Of a stretch of 64,000 nucleotides of DNA, positions 40,664-50,402 are shown one piece after another. The notes beneath the pieces were generated by a model. The model saw nothing but the letters and a program-made list of their open reading frames with translations. It did not search any database and had not been told where the DNA came from. The position numbers were made by a program, and so were the translations under genes. The stretch comes from Hyphomicrobiales bacterium (lineage in GTDB: Bacteria > Pseudomonadota > Alphaproteobacteria > Rhizobiales > Beijerinckiaceae). The stretch covers positions 64,724-128,723 of the forward strand of contig JAIXUP010000062.1 of assembly GCA_027483505.1 (NCBI GenBank), given 5' to 3'. The stretch's first letter is position 1, and the number at the start of each line of letters is the position of its first letter.

Positions 40664-41125
40664 CTAGACGCCGCGCCTTTCGCGGAAAAAATTCCTGAGA
40701 AGGGCCGCCGCCTCGCCCTCAGCCATGCCGCCATAGACCTCCGGCGCGTGGTGGCAAGTCGGCGAAGCATAGAGCCTGACACCATTCTCGACCGCGCCGC
40801 CCTTCGGGTCCGCCGCTCCGAAATACAGCCGCCGGATGCGGGCGAACGAGATCGCGCCCGCGCACATCGGGCAAGGCTCAAGCGTGACGTGCAGATCGCA
40901 GCCGGTCAGCCGCTCGTCGCCGACGCGTTCGCAGGCGGCGCGGACCGCCAGCATTTCGGCATGCGCCGTCGGATCGTTCAGCTCGCGCGTGCGGTTCCCG
41001 GCGCTCGCGATCACCCGTCCCGCGCGCACCACCACCGCACCGACCGGCACCTCGCCGCGATCGGCGGCAGCCCGCGCCTCGGCGAGGGCCATCTGCATGG
41101 GCGACAGGATTTCGGTATCCGGCAT
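40664..41125 (-). CDS. tadA: tRNA adenosine(34) deaminase
   Basis: GEVPVGAV, TAHAEM, TLEPCPMCAGA. Confidence 0.9.
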   Translation of the reverse strand: MPDTEILSPMQMALAEARAAADRGEVPVGAVVVRAGRVIASAGNRTRELNDPTAHAEMLAVRAACERVGDERLTGCDLHVTLEPCPMCAGAISFARIRRLYFGAADPKGGAVENGVRLYASPTCHHAPEVYGGMAEGEAAALLRNFFRERRGV

Positions 41126-41229
41126 GGTTCGGGATTTTTCTCGCTCGGAGGGCAAATCCCTGTTACCACGCCGCCATTCCGGTGCGAAGCGCGTGAGCCC
41201 TCCGAGACACCGACACAGAAAGACACGCC

Positions 41230-43629
41230 ATGAGCGATGATGACAGCAGGCGCGGCGGCCCCAAGGGCCCGCGCGGACCGCGCAAGCCCGGAGGCTTCGG
41301 CGGAGGCTCCCGATCCGGCAGCGACTACAGGCCCGGAGCCTTCCGTGACGCCCCGCCTGCGGGCGAACGCAGCGAGCGGCCACGCCGTTTCGAGAGCGAC
41401 CGGACTGAGAAGCCCTATCGCAGCGAGCGGCCCGAGCGTGGCGAACGGCCCTTCAGCCGGCCACGCGCCGAGGGCGCCGAACGCCCTGGCAGGTCGCGGC
41501 AGGAGGGGACCGGCGACGGTTTCAAGCCAAGGGGCGCCGGCAAGAGCTTTGGTCCGCGCAAGGATTTCGGGGATCGCCCGCCACGCCGCGAATTCTCCGA
41601 CCGTCCGCCGCGGACAGATGGCGACCAGCCGTTCCGCAAGCCGCGCGTTGACCGTCCGGAAGGCGAGCGCCGCGAAGAAGGCTTCAAGCCACGCACGCCG
41701 CGAGGCGACGGACCGCGCCGCGATTTTGGCGACAGGCCGCCGCGCCGTCAGTTCAGCGACCGGCCGCCGCGCCGCTTCCGCGATGACGAGCGCCCGCAGC
41801 GCAGTGATGACCGTGGCGCGGAGCGTCCGCGCAGTGCTTCGCGGCCCGAGCGCCGCCCCTTCCTGCCGCGAGAAGGCAACCCCGAACGGCTGGCGGCAAC
41901 CGAGAAGGCCGGCGGTGTCGAGCGCATCGCGAAGGTGATCGCCCGGGCCGGCGCCGCTTCGCGGCGCGACGCCGAGGCGATGATCGAACAGGGCCGCGTC
42001 AGCGTCGATGGCGAGGTGATCACCTCGCCGGCGCTCGATGTGCTGCCGACGGCCAGGATCACGATCGATGGCGAGAAGCTGCCCGCGCGCGAGCGCACCC
42101 GGCTCTGGCTCTATCACAAGCCGTCAGGGCTGGTCTCGACCAACCACGACCCCGAAGGCAGGACGACATTGTTTGAAACCCTGCCCGAGGACCTGCCGCG
42201 GGTCATCACCATCGGGCGGCTCGACATCAACACCGAAGGGCTCCTGCTGCTGACCAATGACGGCGGCCTTGCACGCGTGCTCGGACATCCGGAAACGGCC
42301 TGGCTCCGGCGCTACCGCGTGCGCGCCTACGGGCTGATCACGCAGGACAAGCTCGACGCCGTGCGTGGCGGCGTCACCATCGACGGAGAGAATTTCGGCC
42401 CTGTGGTGGCGACCCGCGACCGCGAGGTCGGCGACAACACCTGGCTGACGGTTGATCTGCGCGAGGGCAAGAACCGCGAGGTCAAGCGCGTGCTTGAGCA
42501 TCTCGGCCTGACCGTGAACCGGCTGATCCGCATCTCGTTTGGTCCGTTCCAGCTCGGCGACCTGGCCGAAGGCGAGGTCGAGGAGGTCCGCACGAAGGTC
42601 CTGCGCGACCAACTCGGCGAGCAACTGGCCAGCATTGCGGGCGTCGACTTCGACGCCCCCGTCCGCAACGAGAACAGGCTTGACCGGCCCCATGCCCATG
42701 AAGACGAGCGTGGCGCGGGACGCAGACCGGACCGCGCTGCACCACGACGCGACGAGCGCGGCGAGCGTCCCCGCTTCGGCGACCGTGGCGAACGGCCCCG
42801 CTTCGAGCGCGACGCGTCCCCTGACAAACCCGCCCGCAAGCCGCGCGAAGGCGCCTACCACCGCGCCCGCGAGGAAAGCGGCGAGGCCCCGCGCGACATC
42901 CTGCTGCGTGCCGAGGAAGGCCGCGGCGCCATCTGGCGCGACGAGGACACGACCCAGATGAAACCGAAGCGCGCCGGTCCGCGCCGGGGCAGCGATCCGC
43001 GCGAGGAGCGGGCCCAGCGCGAGGCGGCAGGCGGTCGCGAGCGCGTCCGCGCCAAGCCGATCGAGGATCCCAAGGGACGCCGCGTCACCGTGGAGCGCGT
43101 GACCGGTTCCTCGCCTGACATTCCGCGCAAGCCGCGCTACACACGCGCCGATTTCGCCCCGTCTGGCGGTGACGAGCGTCCGGCGCGCCGGCCCCGGCAG
43201 GATGACGACAGGCCGCCGCGCCGCGCCTTTGCGGAGCGTGGCCCACGGCGCGAGGCGGAGGACAGGCCGCCGCGCCGGGAATTCGTCGGCGGAGCGCCCT
43301 GGGGCGGCGACAAGGAGCGGTCGCCGCGCACCGATGGCGACCGGCCTTTCAAGCCGCGCGGACCGCGCAGCGACGCAGGTCCACGCCGGGATTTCGCCGA
43401 TCGGCCGCCACGCAAGGATTCTGGCGACAGGCCGGCACGCGGGGCCCGCCCGCCGCGCGCCGAAGGCGAACGCAGCTTCCGCCCGCGCGAAGACGGCGAG
43501 CGGCCACAGCGCTCGTTCCGCGAAGGCGGCAAGGCGCCATTCAAGGGCGGGCCGCGTTCGGGGCCGCCGCGTTCAGGCGGTGCCGGCGGTGGTGACAAGC
43601 CGCGCGGGCCGCGCAAGCCGCGGTTCTGA
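41230..43629 (+). CDS. rluB: rRNA pseudouridine synthase (RluB/RsuA family) with long low-complexity tails
   Basis: S4 domain ERIAKVIARAGAASRR, IGRLDINTEGLLLLTNDG, EGKNREVKR; R/D/E/P/G-rich N and C extensions. Confidence 0.88.
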   Translation: MSDDDSRRGGPKGPRGPRKPGGFGGGSRSGSDYRPGAFRDAPPAGERSERPRRFESDRTEKPYRSERPERGERPFSRPRAEGAERPGRSRQEGTGDGFKPRGAGKSFGPRKDFGDRPPRREFSDRPPRTDGDQPFRKPRVDRPEGERREEGFKPRTPRGDGPRRDFGDRPPRRQFSDRPPRRFRDDERPQRSDDRGAERPRSASRPERRPFLPREGNPERLAATEKAGGVERIAKVIARAGAASRRDAEAMIEQGRVSVDGEVITSPALDVLPTARITIDGEKLPARERTRLWLYHKPSGLVSTNHDPEGRTTLFETLPEDLPRVITIGRLDINTEGLLLLTNDGGLARVLGHPETAWLRRYRVRAYGLITQDKLDAVRGGVTIDGENFGPVVATRDREVGDNTWLTVDLREGKNREVKRVLEHLGLTVNRLIRISFGPFQLGDLAEGEVEEVRTKVLRDQLGEQLASIAGVDFDAPVRNENRLDRPHAHEDERGAGRRPDRAAPRRDERGERPRFGDRGERPRFERDASPDKPARKPREGAYHRAREESGEAPRDILLRAEEGRGAIWRDEDTTQMKPKRAGPRRGSDPREERAQREAAGGRERVRAKPIEDPKGRRVTVERVTGSSPDIPRKPRYTRADFAPSGGDERPARRPRQDDDRPPRRAFAERGPRREAEDRPPRREFVGGAPWGGDKERSPRTDGDRPFKPRGPRSDAGPRRDFADRPPRKDSGDRPARGARPPRAEGERSFRPREDGERPQRSFREGGKAPFKGGPRSGPPRSGGAGGGDKPRGPRKPRF

Positions 43630-43640
43630 CTGGTCACGCC

Positions 43641-44201
43641 ATGCGGATCGTCGGCGGGAGCCTCAAGGGCCGTTCGCTGCTCGGACCAAAGGCCGGATCG
43701 CTCGCGATCCGGCCAACCTCCGACCGGCTGCGCGAGAGCCTTTTCAACATCCTCGGCCACAGCGCCGACGTTGCGCTTGACGGCGCGCGGGTGCTCGACC
43801 TGTTTGCGGGCACGGGCGCGCTGTCCTTCGAGGCGCTGTCGCGCGGCGCAAGCTTTGCGCTGCTGGTGGATGACGGCACCGATGCGCGCGGAATCATCCG
43901 CGGCAACCAGGAGGCGCTCGGTCTTGGCGGCGCAACCCGGATCTATCGCCGGGATGCGACGCGGCTTGGCCCGATTTCCGGCATGGACCCGTTCAGCCTG
44001 GTGTTCTGCGACCCGCCCTATGGCAAGGGTCTGGGTGAGCTGGCGCTGGCCTCCGCACGGGATGGCGGCTGGCTGAGCCCGGGCGCGTTCGTGGTCTGGG
44101 AGGAGACGGCGGCGGCGGAGCTTGAAATTCCGCCCGGCTTCGACGAGACAGATCAACGGAGCTACGGGGAGACGCAGGTGCGTTTCCTGATCGCACGCTG
44201 A
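43641..44201 (+). CDS. rsmD: 16S rRNA m2G966 methyltransferase
   Basis: MRIVGG, RPTSDRLRESLFN, LDLFAGTGAL, DPPY. Confidence 0.92.
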   Translation: MRIVGGSLKGRSLLGPKAGSLAIRPTSDRLRESLFNILGHSADVALDGARVLDLFAGTGALSFEALSRGASFALLVDDGTDARGIIRGNQEALGLGGATRIYRRDATRLGPISGMDPFSLVFCDPPYGKGLGELALASARDGGWLSPGAFVVWEETAAAELEIPPGFDETDQRSYGETQVRFLIAR

Positions 44202-44210
44202 AGGTTCGTC

Positions 44211-44462
44211 ATGCTGGTTTCCATCCTCGATGCCCTGGCCCTGATCAGCGCCCTTGCGGCCGCCTACCTGTGGTGGCGAGCCAGCGGCAATCTCGTCCGC
44301 CGCATCAGCCTGACCGAGGACCTGAACGCGCAGGATTTCAACCGCATGGCCATCGCCATGAACCGGTCCCAGAAGCTCAACAGACGCGCGGCTCTGGCGA
44401 CGGCCGTCTCGGCGCTGGCAATCGCGATGAAGTTCGCGCATGACCTTATCTTGGGTGGGTGA
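44211..44462 (+). CDS. Small hypothetical membrane protein
   Basis: 83 aa with two hydrophobic segments and GC-rich codon usage. Confidence 0.6.
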   Translation: MLVSILDALALISALAAAYLWWRASGNLVRRISLTEDLNAQDFNRMAIAMNRSQKLNRRAALATAVSALAIAMKFAHDLILGG

Positions 44463-44479
44463 ACTCCCGCACGCCGCGC

Positions 44480-46282
44480 TCAGCTTCTCCCGAACAGCCG
44501 CTCGATATCGCTCAGCTTCAGCTCGACATAGGTCGGGCGGCCATGATTGCACTGGCCAGACAGCGGCGTTGCCTCCATTTCCCGCAGCAGCGCATCCATC
44601 TCTTCGGGGCGCAGGCGACGGCCCGCGCGCACGGAATTATGGCAAGCCATGGTCGCCAGCACATGGTCGAGCCTGTTGCCCAGCTTGCTGACGCCATCAT
44701 CCGCCAGGGCATCGGCGACATCATGCACAAGTTGCCTGAGGTTGCCGCCGGCCAGCTCGGTCGGCGCTTCGCGGACCAGCACGGCGCCGGACCCGAAGGA
44801 TTCGATCGCCAGTCCCAGGCCCTCAAGTTCGGTGGCTGCCGCGGCGAGCCGGTCGGCGTCCACAGGGTCGAGTTCGACGACTTCCGGCACCAGCAGCATC
44901 TGGCGCGCGATGCCTTGTCCAGCGCGCGCGGCCTTGAGGCGCTCGTAGACCAGCCTTTCATGGGCTGCGTGCTGATCGACGATAATGACGCCGTCGGCGG
45001 TCTGCGTGACGATGTAATTGCCGTGGAGCTGGGCCCGCGCGACGCCGAGCGGAAAGGCTGCGGCCCGCAGCGCCGCGTCGTCCGCATTGGCGCGCGCGTC
45101 CGCGCTTGGCAGCGCCGCAAGATCCAGCCCCTGCTGGCGGCTTTCGGCAAGACCTGAGGTGACAGGCACTGCCTGATGGGTGCCGTTCCAGCCAAAGCTG
45201 ACCGGCCCGCCGCGCGCCTCTGGCGGCCGGAACAGCCCGCGCATCGCCTCGAGGGTGCGGGTGCCGCCGGTCGTGGCGGCACGATGGCCGGCGCGCGCCA
45301 GCGCCTCGCGGATCGCATTGACGACAAGGCCGCGCACCAGCGGCGCATCGCGGAACCGCACTTCGCTCTTGGCAGGATGAACGTTCACGTCGACCTGTGA
45401 TGGATCGCAGACCACGCCGAGCGCGATCGACGGGTAGCGATCGCCAGCCAGCACATCGGCATAGGCCCCGCGCACGGCCGAGAGCAGCAGCCTGTCCTTC
45501 ACAGGGCGGCCATTGACCGACAGGTGGATGGCGGCGGCGTTGCCGCGGTTGAAGGTCGGCAGGCCGGCAAAGCCGGTGATGGAGACCCCCTCGCGTGTCG
45601 CAGCGACGCCGACGGCGTTGTCCGGGAACTCGCGACCGAGAATGCGGGCCAGACGCGCGAGGGCGCCAGCTTCGCCCTCCCCTTCGCGCGGGAAGATGAA
45701 CGGAGTCAGATTGTCGCCCGCCAGCGAAAACCGCACATCGGGATGGCACAGCGCCAGCCGGCGCACCATCTCGGCAACGGCAAGGGCCTCCGAACGATCG
45801 GACTTGAGGAACTTCAGCCTGGCCGGCGTGGCGTGGAAAAGGTCAGTGACCTCGATGCGGGTGCCCCTTGCGGCGGCGGCGGGGCGAACCTCGCCTTTCT
45901 GCCCGGCATTGACCGTCAGTGCCGCGCCCCTGTCCGCGTCCCCGGTGCGGGTGAGGATGTCGAGCCGCGCGACCGAGCCAATCGAGGGCAGCGCCTCGCC
46001 CCGGAATCCGAGCGTATTGATGGCGAACAGATCACCGGCCGGCAGTTTCGAGGTGGCGTGGCGTTCGACGCTCAGCGCCAGGTCGTCCGGCCCCATCCCG
46101 GCCCCGTCATCCACGACGCGGATCAGCCGGCGCCCGCCGGCCTCAATGGTCACGTCAATGGAGCGGGCGCCCGCATCCAGCGCATTTTCGACCAGTTCCT
46201 TGACCGCCGCAGCCGGCCGCTCGATCACCTCGCCGGCCGCGATCTGATCGACCAGAACCGGATCGAGACGGCGGACGGCCAT
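44480..46282 (-). CDS. mutL: DNA mismatch repair endonuclease MutL
   Basis: IAAGEVIERP, KELVENALDAG, GFRGEAL, DQHAAHER, CNHGRP. Confidence 0.96.
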   Translation of the reverse strand: MAVRRLDPVLVDQIAAGEVIERPAAAVKELVENALDAGARSIDVTIEAGGRRLIRVVDDGAGMGPDDLALSVERHATSKLPAGDLFAINTLGFRGEALPSIGSVARLDILTRTGDADRGAALTVNAGQKGEVRPAAAARGTRIEVTDLFHATPARLKFLKSDRSEALAVAEMVRRLALCHPDVRFSLAGDNLTPFIFPREGEGEAGALARLARILGREFPDNAVGVAATREGVSITGFAGLPTFNRGNAAAIHLSVNGRPVKDRLLLSAVRGAYADVLAGDRYPSIALGVVCDPSQVDVNVHPAKSEVRFRDAPLVRGLVVNAIREALARAGHRAATTGGTRTLEAMRGLFRPPEARGGPVSFGWNGTHQAVPVTSGLAESRQQGLDLAALPSADARANADDAALRAAAFPLGVARAQLHGNYIVTQTADGVIIVDQHAAHERLVYERLKAARAGQGIARQMLLVPEVVELDPVDADRLAAAATELEGLGLAIESFGSGAVLVREAPTELAGGNLRQLVHDVADALADDGVSKLGNRLDHVLATMACHNSVRAGRRLRPEEMDALLREMEATPLSGQCNHGRPTYVELKLSDIERLFGRS

Positions 46283-46285
46283 GGC

Positions 46286-47569
46286 TCAGGTCAGCCCCAC
46301 CGGCTGGCCAACCGCCACCACAAGCTGGCGATCGGCGCCATAAAGCCGGTCCGCGACCCGCATCGCGTCATCCATGGTCACAGCCCGGAACAGGTCGTTG
46401 CGGCGCATGGTGTAGTCGATGCCGAGATCCTGGATGGCGAAGGAGAGCAGCTGGCTCGCGATCTTCGATGAGGTGTCGAAGCGCAGGGGAAAGGAGCCGA
46501 CCAGGTAGTCCTTGGCTTCCTTCAGTTCATCAGCCGTCGGTCCGGCCTTGGCGAGCGACCGCATTTCGCTCCGCATCACATCGAGCGATTCAGCGACGCG
46601 GTCATTCTTTGTCGCGGTCACGCCAACATGGATGGCCGCATGGCGCATACTGACGAGCGCGCTCGAGACGCCATAGGCGAGACCCCGCTTCTCGCGCACC
46701 TCGAGAAACAGCCGCGAGGTGAAGGCCGACCCGCCAAGCACGTGATTGACGATTTCGGCGGCAATGTAGTCGGGATCGGTGCGCAGCAGGCCCGGCGCAC
46801 CATAGCGCAGCGCGGTCTGCGGCACGTCCATCGTGGTGATCCGGACCTCGCCGAGCCCGGCAATTGTCGTCATCACCGGCGGCGCCAGCACGCTATCGGC
46901 GGGCAAGGGACCGAAAATCTCGTCCAGCGCCGCGATCAGTTCGGCTTCGGTGATGTCGCCCACCGCCACGACCCGGAGGTCCCTGCGCTGGAACACGTTC
47001 GCCACCAGCGCCTTGAGGTCAGAGGCCTCGATGGCCGCGAGGCTGGCCAGCGTGCCGCGCGTCTGCTGGCCGTAGGGATGGCCGGGAAAGGCGATCGACG
47101 AGAAGGCACGCCGGGCGATGCTGTCGGGGTCCTGCTCCTCGCGGCGCAGGCCGGCGCTGATCTGCGCCTTGACCCGCGTCACGGCATCATCGTCGAAGCG
47201 CGGTTTATGCAGTGCGAGCGCCAGCAGCCGAAACGCCTCGGCGCGGTGTTCGCGCAGGGTCTTCAGAGAGCCGCGGAACTCGTCGCGATCGGCCGAGAAC
47301 GACAGTTCGATGGCGTGATCGGCGAGCGCGTTCTGGAAGGCCTCCGCATCGAGGTCTCCGGCGCCTTCGTCGAGCAGGCCCGAGACGAGGTTGAGCGCGC
47401 CGGCCTTGCCCGCAGGATCGTGGCTGGCGCCGTGGAGGAAGGCGAAATCGAGCGCGATCAGCGGCAGGTTTCGGTCCTCGACCAACCACGCGGTGACGCC
47501 GCAGGGAGCCGTCACGGTGCGGATTGCGGGGCCGGTGCGGCCGACGAGGGTGTTTGCGGTCATGCTCAT
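46286..47569 (-). CDS. M16 family peptidase, non-catalytic partner subunit
   Basis: M16 fold features (GLLDEGAG, SRLFLEVREKRGLAY) without HxxEH. Confidence 0.85.
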   Translation of the reverse strand: MSMTANTLVGRTGPAIRTVTAPCGVTAWLVEDRNLPLIALDFAFLHGASHDPAGKAGALNLVSGLLDEGAGDLDAEAFQNALADHAIELSFSADRDEFRGSLKTLREHRAEAFRLLALALHKPRFDDDAVTRVKAQISAGLRREEQDPDSIARRAFSSIAFPGHPYGQQTRGTLASLAAIEASDLKALVANVFQRRDLRVVAVGDITEAELIAALDEIFGPLPADSVLAPPVMTTIAGLGEVRITTMDVPQTALRYGAPGLLRTDPDYIAAEIVNHVLGGSAFTSRLFLEVREKRGLAYGVSSALVSMRHAAIHVGVTATKNDRVAESLDVMRSEMRSLAKAGPTADELKEAKDYLVGSFPLRFDTSSKIASQLLSFAIQDLGIDYTMRRNDLFRAVTMDDAMRVADRLYGADRQLVVAVGQPVGLT

Positions 47570-47648
47570 CTGAATATGTCCAATGGGCGCCGCAGGAAGA
47601 TGCGGCCGTGTCTGGCGCTGCGGGGCATCAAGGAGCCTTGCGGCCCCG

Positions 47649-48968
47649 TCAGTCCACACCCGTCAACCTGCCAGTCACGCCACGCCTGAGGTCGATATGC
47701 TTGCGAACGGCCGCCGTGACAGCCTCGGAGCTGACCTTGGCCAGCCGGTCGGGCCAGCTTTCGATGTCGGCGATGCTGTCACCGACGCACAGCGACGAGC
47801 CGTACAGGCGGGCAAGGCTGGACTGGCTGTCGCGGTTGTAGATCGTGTCGGCGATCAGCCGCGTGCGGGATCGCCGCATCTCGGCCTCGGTGGGTCCGCT
47901 CTGCTGGAACCGCGCGATTGCTTCCGACAGGGCGGCATCGAGTTCATCGAGCGTCGCCGTCTCGGTGGGGGCGGCGCTGAAGGAAATCCGGCCGGAATCG
48001 AGCATCGAGCCCCAGTACGACCCACCCATGTGCGATGCGACCTGCCGGTCGACCACCAGCTCGCGGTAGAGCCGCGAGGTCGCGCCGCCGCCCATGATGT
48101 CGAGGGCCAGATCGAGCGCGAAGGCCTCGTCGCCTTCTGCGGTGCCGTAGTTGGGCGCAACGAACTGGCGGTAGAGAATTGGCTGGCGCACGCGCGGATC
48201 GGCCACGGTGATGGTTCGCGCGGCGCGCGCAGGAGGCTCGGCCAGGCGCTTGCGCACCGGCTTTGCTCCGGTGGGCGCGATCGGGCCGTAAATCCGGCCG
48301 GCCAGTTCACGCACCTCATCGGCAGCGACATCGCCGGCGACAATCAGGATGGCGTTGTCCGGCGTGTAGAAGCGCTTGTAGTAGGCAAAGGCGTCGGCAT
48401 AGTCGAGGCTGGCGATCTCATGCTCCCAGCCGATCACCGGCAGGCCGTAGGGATGATGCATGTAGAGTGCGGCGGTCATCTCTTCGGAGAGTTGCGCGCC
48501 CGGATCGGCGTCGACGCGCATCCGGCGCTCTTCGAGCACTACATCGCGCTCTGGCGCCACCACTGCCTCGTCGAAGGACAGGCCGGTCATGCGGTCCGCC
48601 TCGTAATCCATCACCGCCGGCAGGTGCTCCTTGGCGACGCGCTGGAAATAGGCGGTGTAGTCATAGGAGGTGAAGGCGTTCTCCTGTCCGCCAAGCCCCG
48701 CCAACTGGCGAGAGAAGGCCCCGGCCGGATATTTCGCCGTACCCTTGAACATCAGATGCTCGAGGAAGTGGGCGATGCCCGACTTGCCGGCCGGATCATC
48801 CGCCGAGCCATTGCGGTACCAGACCATGTGAGTCACGACAGGGGCGCGGCGGTCGGGGATGACGACGACCTGAAGCCCGTTGCCGAGGCTGAACGCCTCA
48901 ACGCGCGATGACGCGCCAGCGGCGGATGATGGTTGGCCTGCCTGGCCATATTCGGCAACACTCATCAT
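47649..48968 (-). CDS. M16 family zinc peptidase, catalytic subunit
   Basis: GIAHFLEHLMFKGT (HxxEH), NAFTSYDYT, VVLEERRMR. Confidence 0.9.
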   Translation of the reverse strand: MMSVAEYGQAGQPSSAAGASSRVEAFSLGNGLQVVVIPDRRAPVVTHMVWYRNGSADDPAGKSGIAHFLEHLMFKGTAKYPAGAFSRQLAGLGGQENAFTSYDYTAYFQRVAKEHLPAVMDYEADRMTGLSFDEAVVAPERDVVLEERRMRVDADPGAQLSEEMTAALYMHHPYGLPVIGWEHEIASLDYADAFAYYKRFYTPDNAILIVAGDVAADEVRELAGRIYGPIAPTGAKPVRKRLAEPPARAARTITVADPRVRQPILYRQFVAPNYGTAEGDEAFALDLALDIMGGGATSRLYRELVVDRQVASHMGGSYWGSMLDSGRISFSAAPTETATLDELDAALSEAIARFQQSGPTEAEMRRSRTRLIADTIYNRDSQSSLARLYGSSLCVGDSIADIESWPDRLAKVSSEAVTAAVRKHIDLRRGVTGRLTGVD

Positions 48969-49102
48969 GACACCTGCGGAAATGTTGCGGCCCAGAATCA
49001 AGGCGCGTCCGGACCACCATATAGGAATGCCGGATGACATCGTCACCCGGCGCAAGACTCACGTGGCGGCGAGATGCCGCGTATTGCGGTCCCGTCCGCC
49101 GA

Positions 49103-49801
49103 TCACGGCCTCGCGTTCTGGCGATTGAAGTCGTTGATCCCGAGCTCCTTGTCGCGCTCGCTGAAGATCGGACCGGCCTTGGGAGGCTCGACGCGCTGCG
49201 TCGCCGCACGATAGCCAACCGGCGGCTCGCTCAGGAAGCGCCTTGGCGGCTCGGCGCCGATCGGGCGTTCATTGGCAAGCTGCCTTGCGCGCGCGTCCTG
49301 CTCACGCATCTGGCGCATCGGATCATGCATCATCGCGGAGCCGCTGGTGCGGTCGTCGAGGATGGAGCCCTGACCGCCAAGCGGCCCGGTGACCTGCGCC
49401 GGCCCGGCGCTGCGGACGCGGGCGAGTTCATCCGGGCTCAGACGCAGCCGGCCGACATTGTCATCATTGTTGCGGCCCTTCTCCGAAAAAAGATAACCCA
49501 GCACGCCGTCATCTTCGGCTGCCGCCCTACGGCGCCTGTCAGGATCGGTCGGCCAGTTGGCGCGGGCGCGGGCGGCCTCGCGGTCCTGCGGCGAAGGCAG
49601 CGTCGATTTCGGCGGGACGACGAGCGGCGCGCGTTCGCGATAATCGATTTCCGGGCCAGAGCTGCCGCCGCCGAGCAGCGATGCGAAAATCCCGGCGAGT
49701 CCGGATGGACCTTCCTGGGCCTGGGCCGGAAGCTGGGCCAAGACCACGCCAAGGCCGAGGAGGGCCCCTGCGGTCCAACGCATCACCTGCACCTGAGTCA
49801 T
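49103..49801 (-). CDS. Hypothetical exported protein
   Basis: Signal peptide ending PAQAQ, IDYRERAPLVVPP motif, co-oriented between lspA and M16 pair. Confidence 0.7.
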   Translation of the reverse strand: MTQVQVMRWTAGALLGLGVVLAQLPAQAQEGPSGLAGIFASLLGGGSSGPEIDYRERAPLVVPPKSTLPSPQDREAARARANWPTDPDRRRRAAAEDDGVLGYLFSEKGRNNDDNVGRLRLSPDELARVRSAGPAQVTGPLGGQGSILDDRTSGSAMMHDPMRQMREQDARARQLANERPIGAEPPRRFLSEPPVGYRAATQRVEPPKAGPIFSERDKELGINDFNRQNARP

Positions 49802-49856
49802 CTGCCGTCCATCCTGTCCAACGCCTGAGCGGAAATGCCACCAGCTTGCGGCAAAC

Positions 49857-50402
49857 TCAAGGCAGCCCGGCCTTGCCGCTGCCCTTGCGCCATTCGCTTG
49901 CGACGCTGTCATACAACAGAGCGGCCACGCCGACAACAATGGCGGCATCGGCGATGTTGAACACGTACCAGCTGAACCTGCCCCAGTGCAGATGGACGAA
50001 ATCCGCGACCGCGCCATAGGCGATCCGGTCAATGACGTTGCCGAGCGCGCCGCCGATGATCAGCCCGAGCGCCAGCGCCTCCACGCGCCGCGCCGAGCGC
50101 CTGAGCCAAAGGCCCAGCCAGACCGAGGCCGCGATCGACAGGACGACCAGAGCCCAGCGGCCGATGTCACTCGTCTGCTGGAACAGGCCGTAGGAAATGC
50201 CGCGGTTCCAGACCATCACGAAATCCATGAAAGGCAGAAGCTGCCATGGCCCGGTGTCTTCCAGCCGGACCACGAACAGGATCCAGAGTTTGGAGATCTG
50301 GTCTGCCACGAAGACCGCCAGCGCCGTGGCCGCGCCGAAGCGTGCCGAGCCGCCCGCCGGCGCGGCCCCGGCGGATGCGGGCGATGGCTCGCCGGCCATC
50401 AT
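49857..50402 (-). CDS. lspA: Lipoprotein signal peptidase
   Basis: [36 protein letters not shown]. Confidence 0.94.
   Translation of the reverse strand: MMAGEPSPASAGAAPAGGSARFGAATALAVFVADQISKLWILFVVRLEDTGPWQLLPFMDFVMVWNRGISYGLFQQTSDIGRWALVVLSIAASVWLGLWLRRSARRVEALALGLIIGGALGNVIDRIAYGAVADFVHLHWGRFSWYVFNIADAAIVVGVAALLYDSVASEWRKGSGKAGLP

Noticed and set aside
46286-48968. M16 peptidase pair with one subunit lacking HxxEH
   Set aside because: Known heterodimeric arrangement, conserved in alphaproteobacteria; not novel
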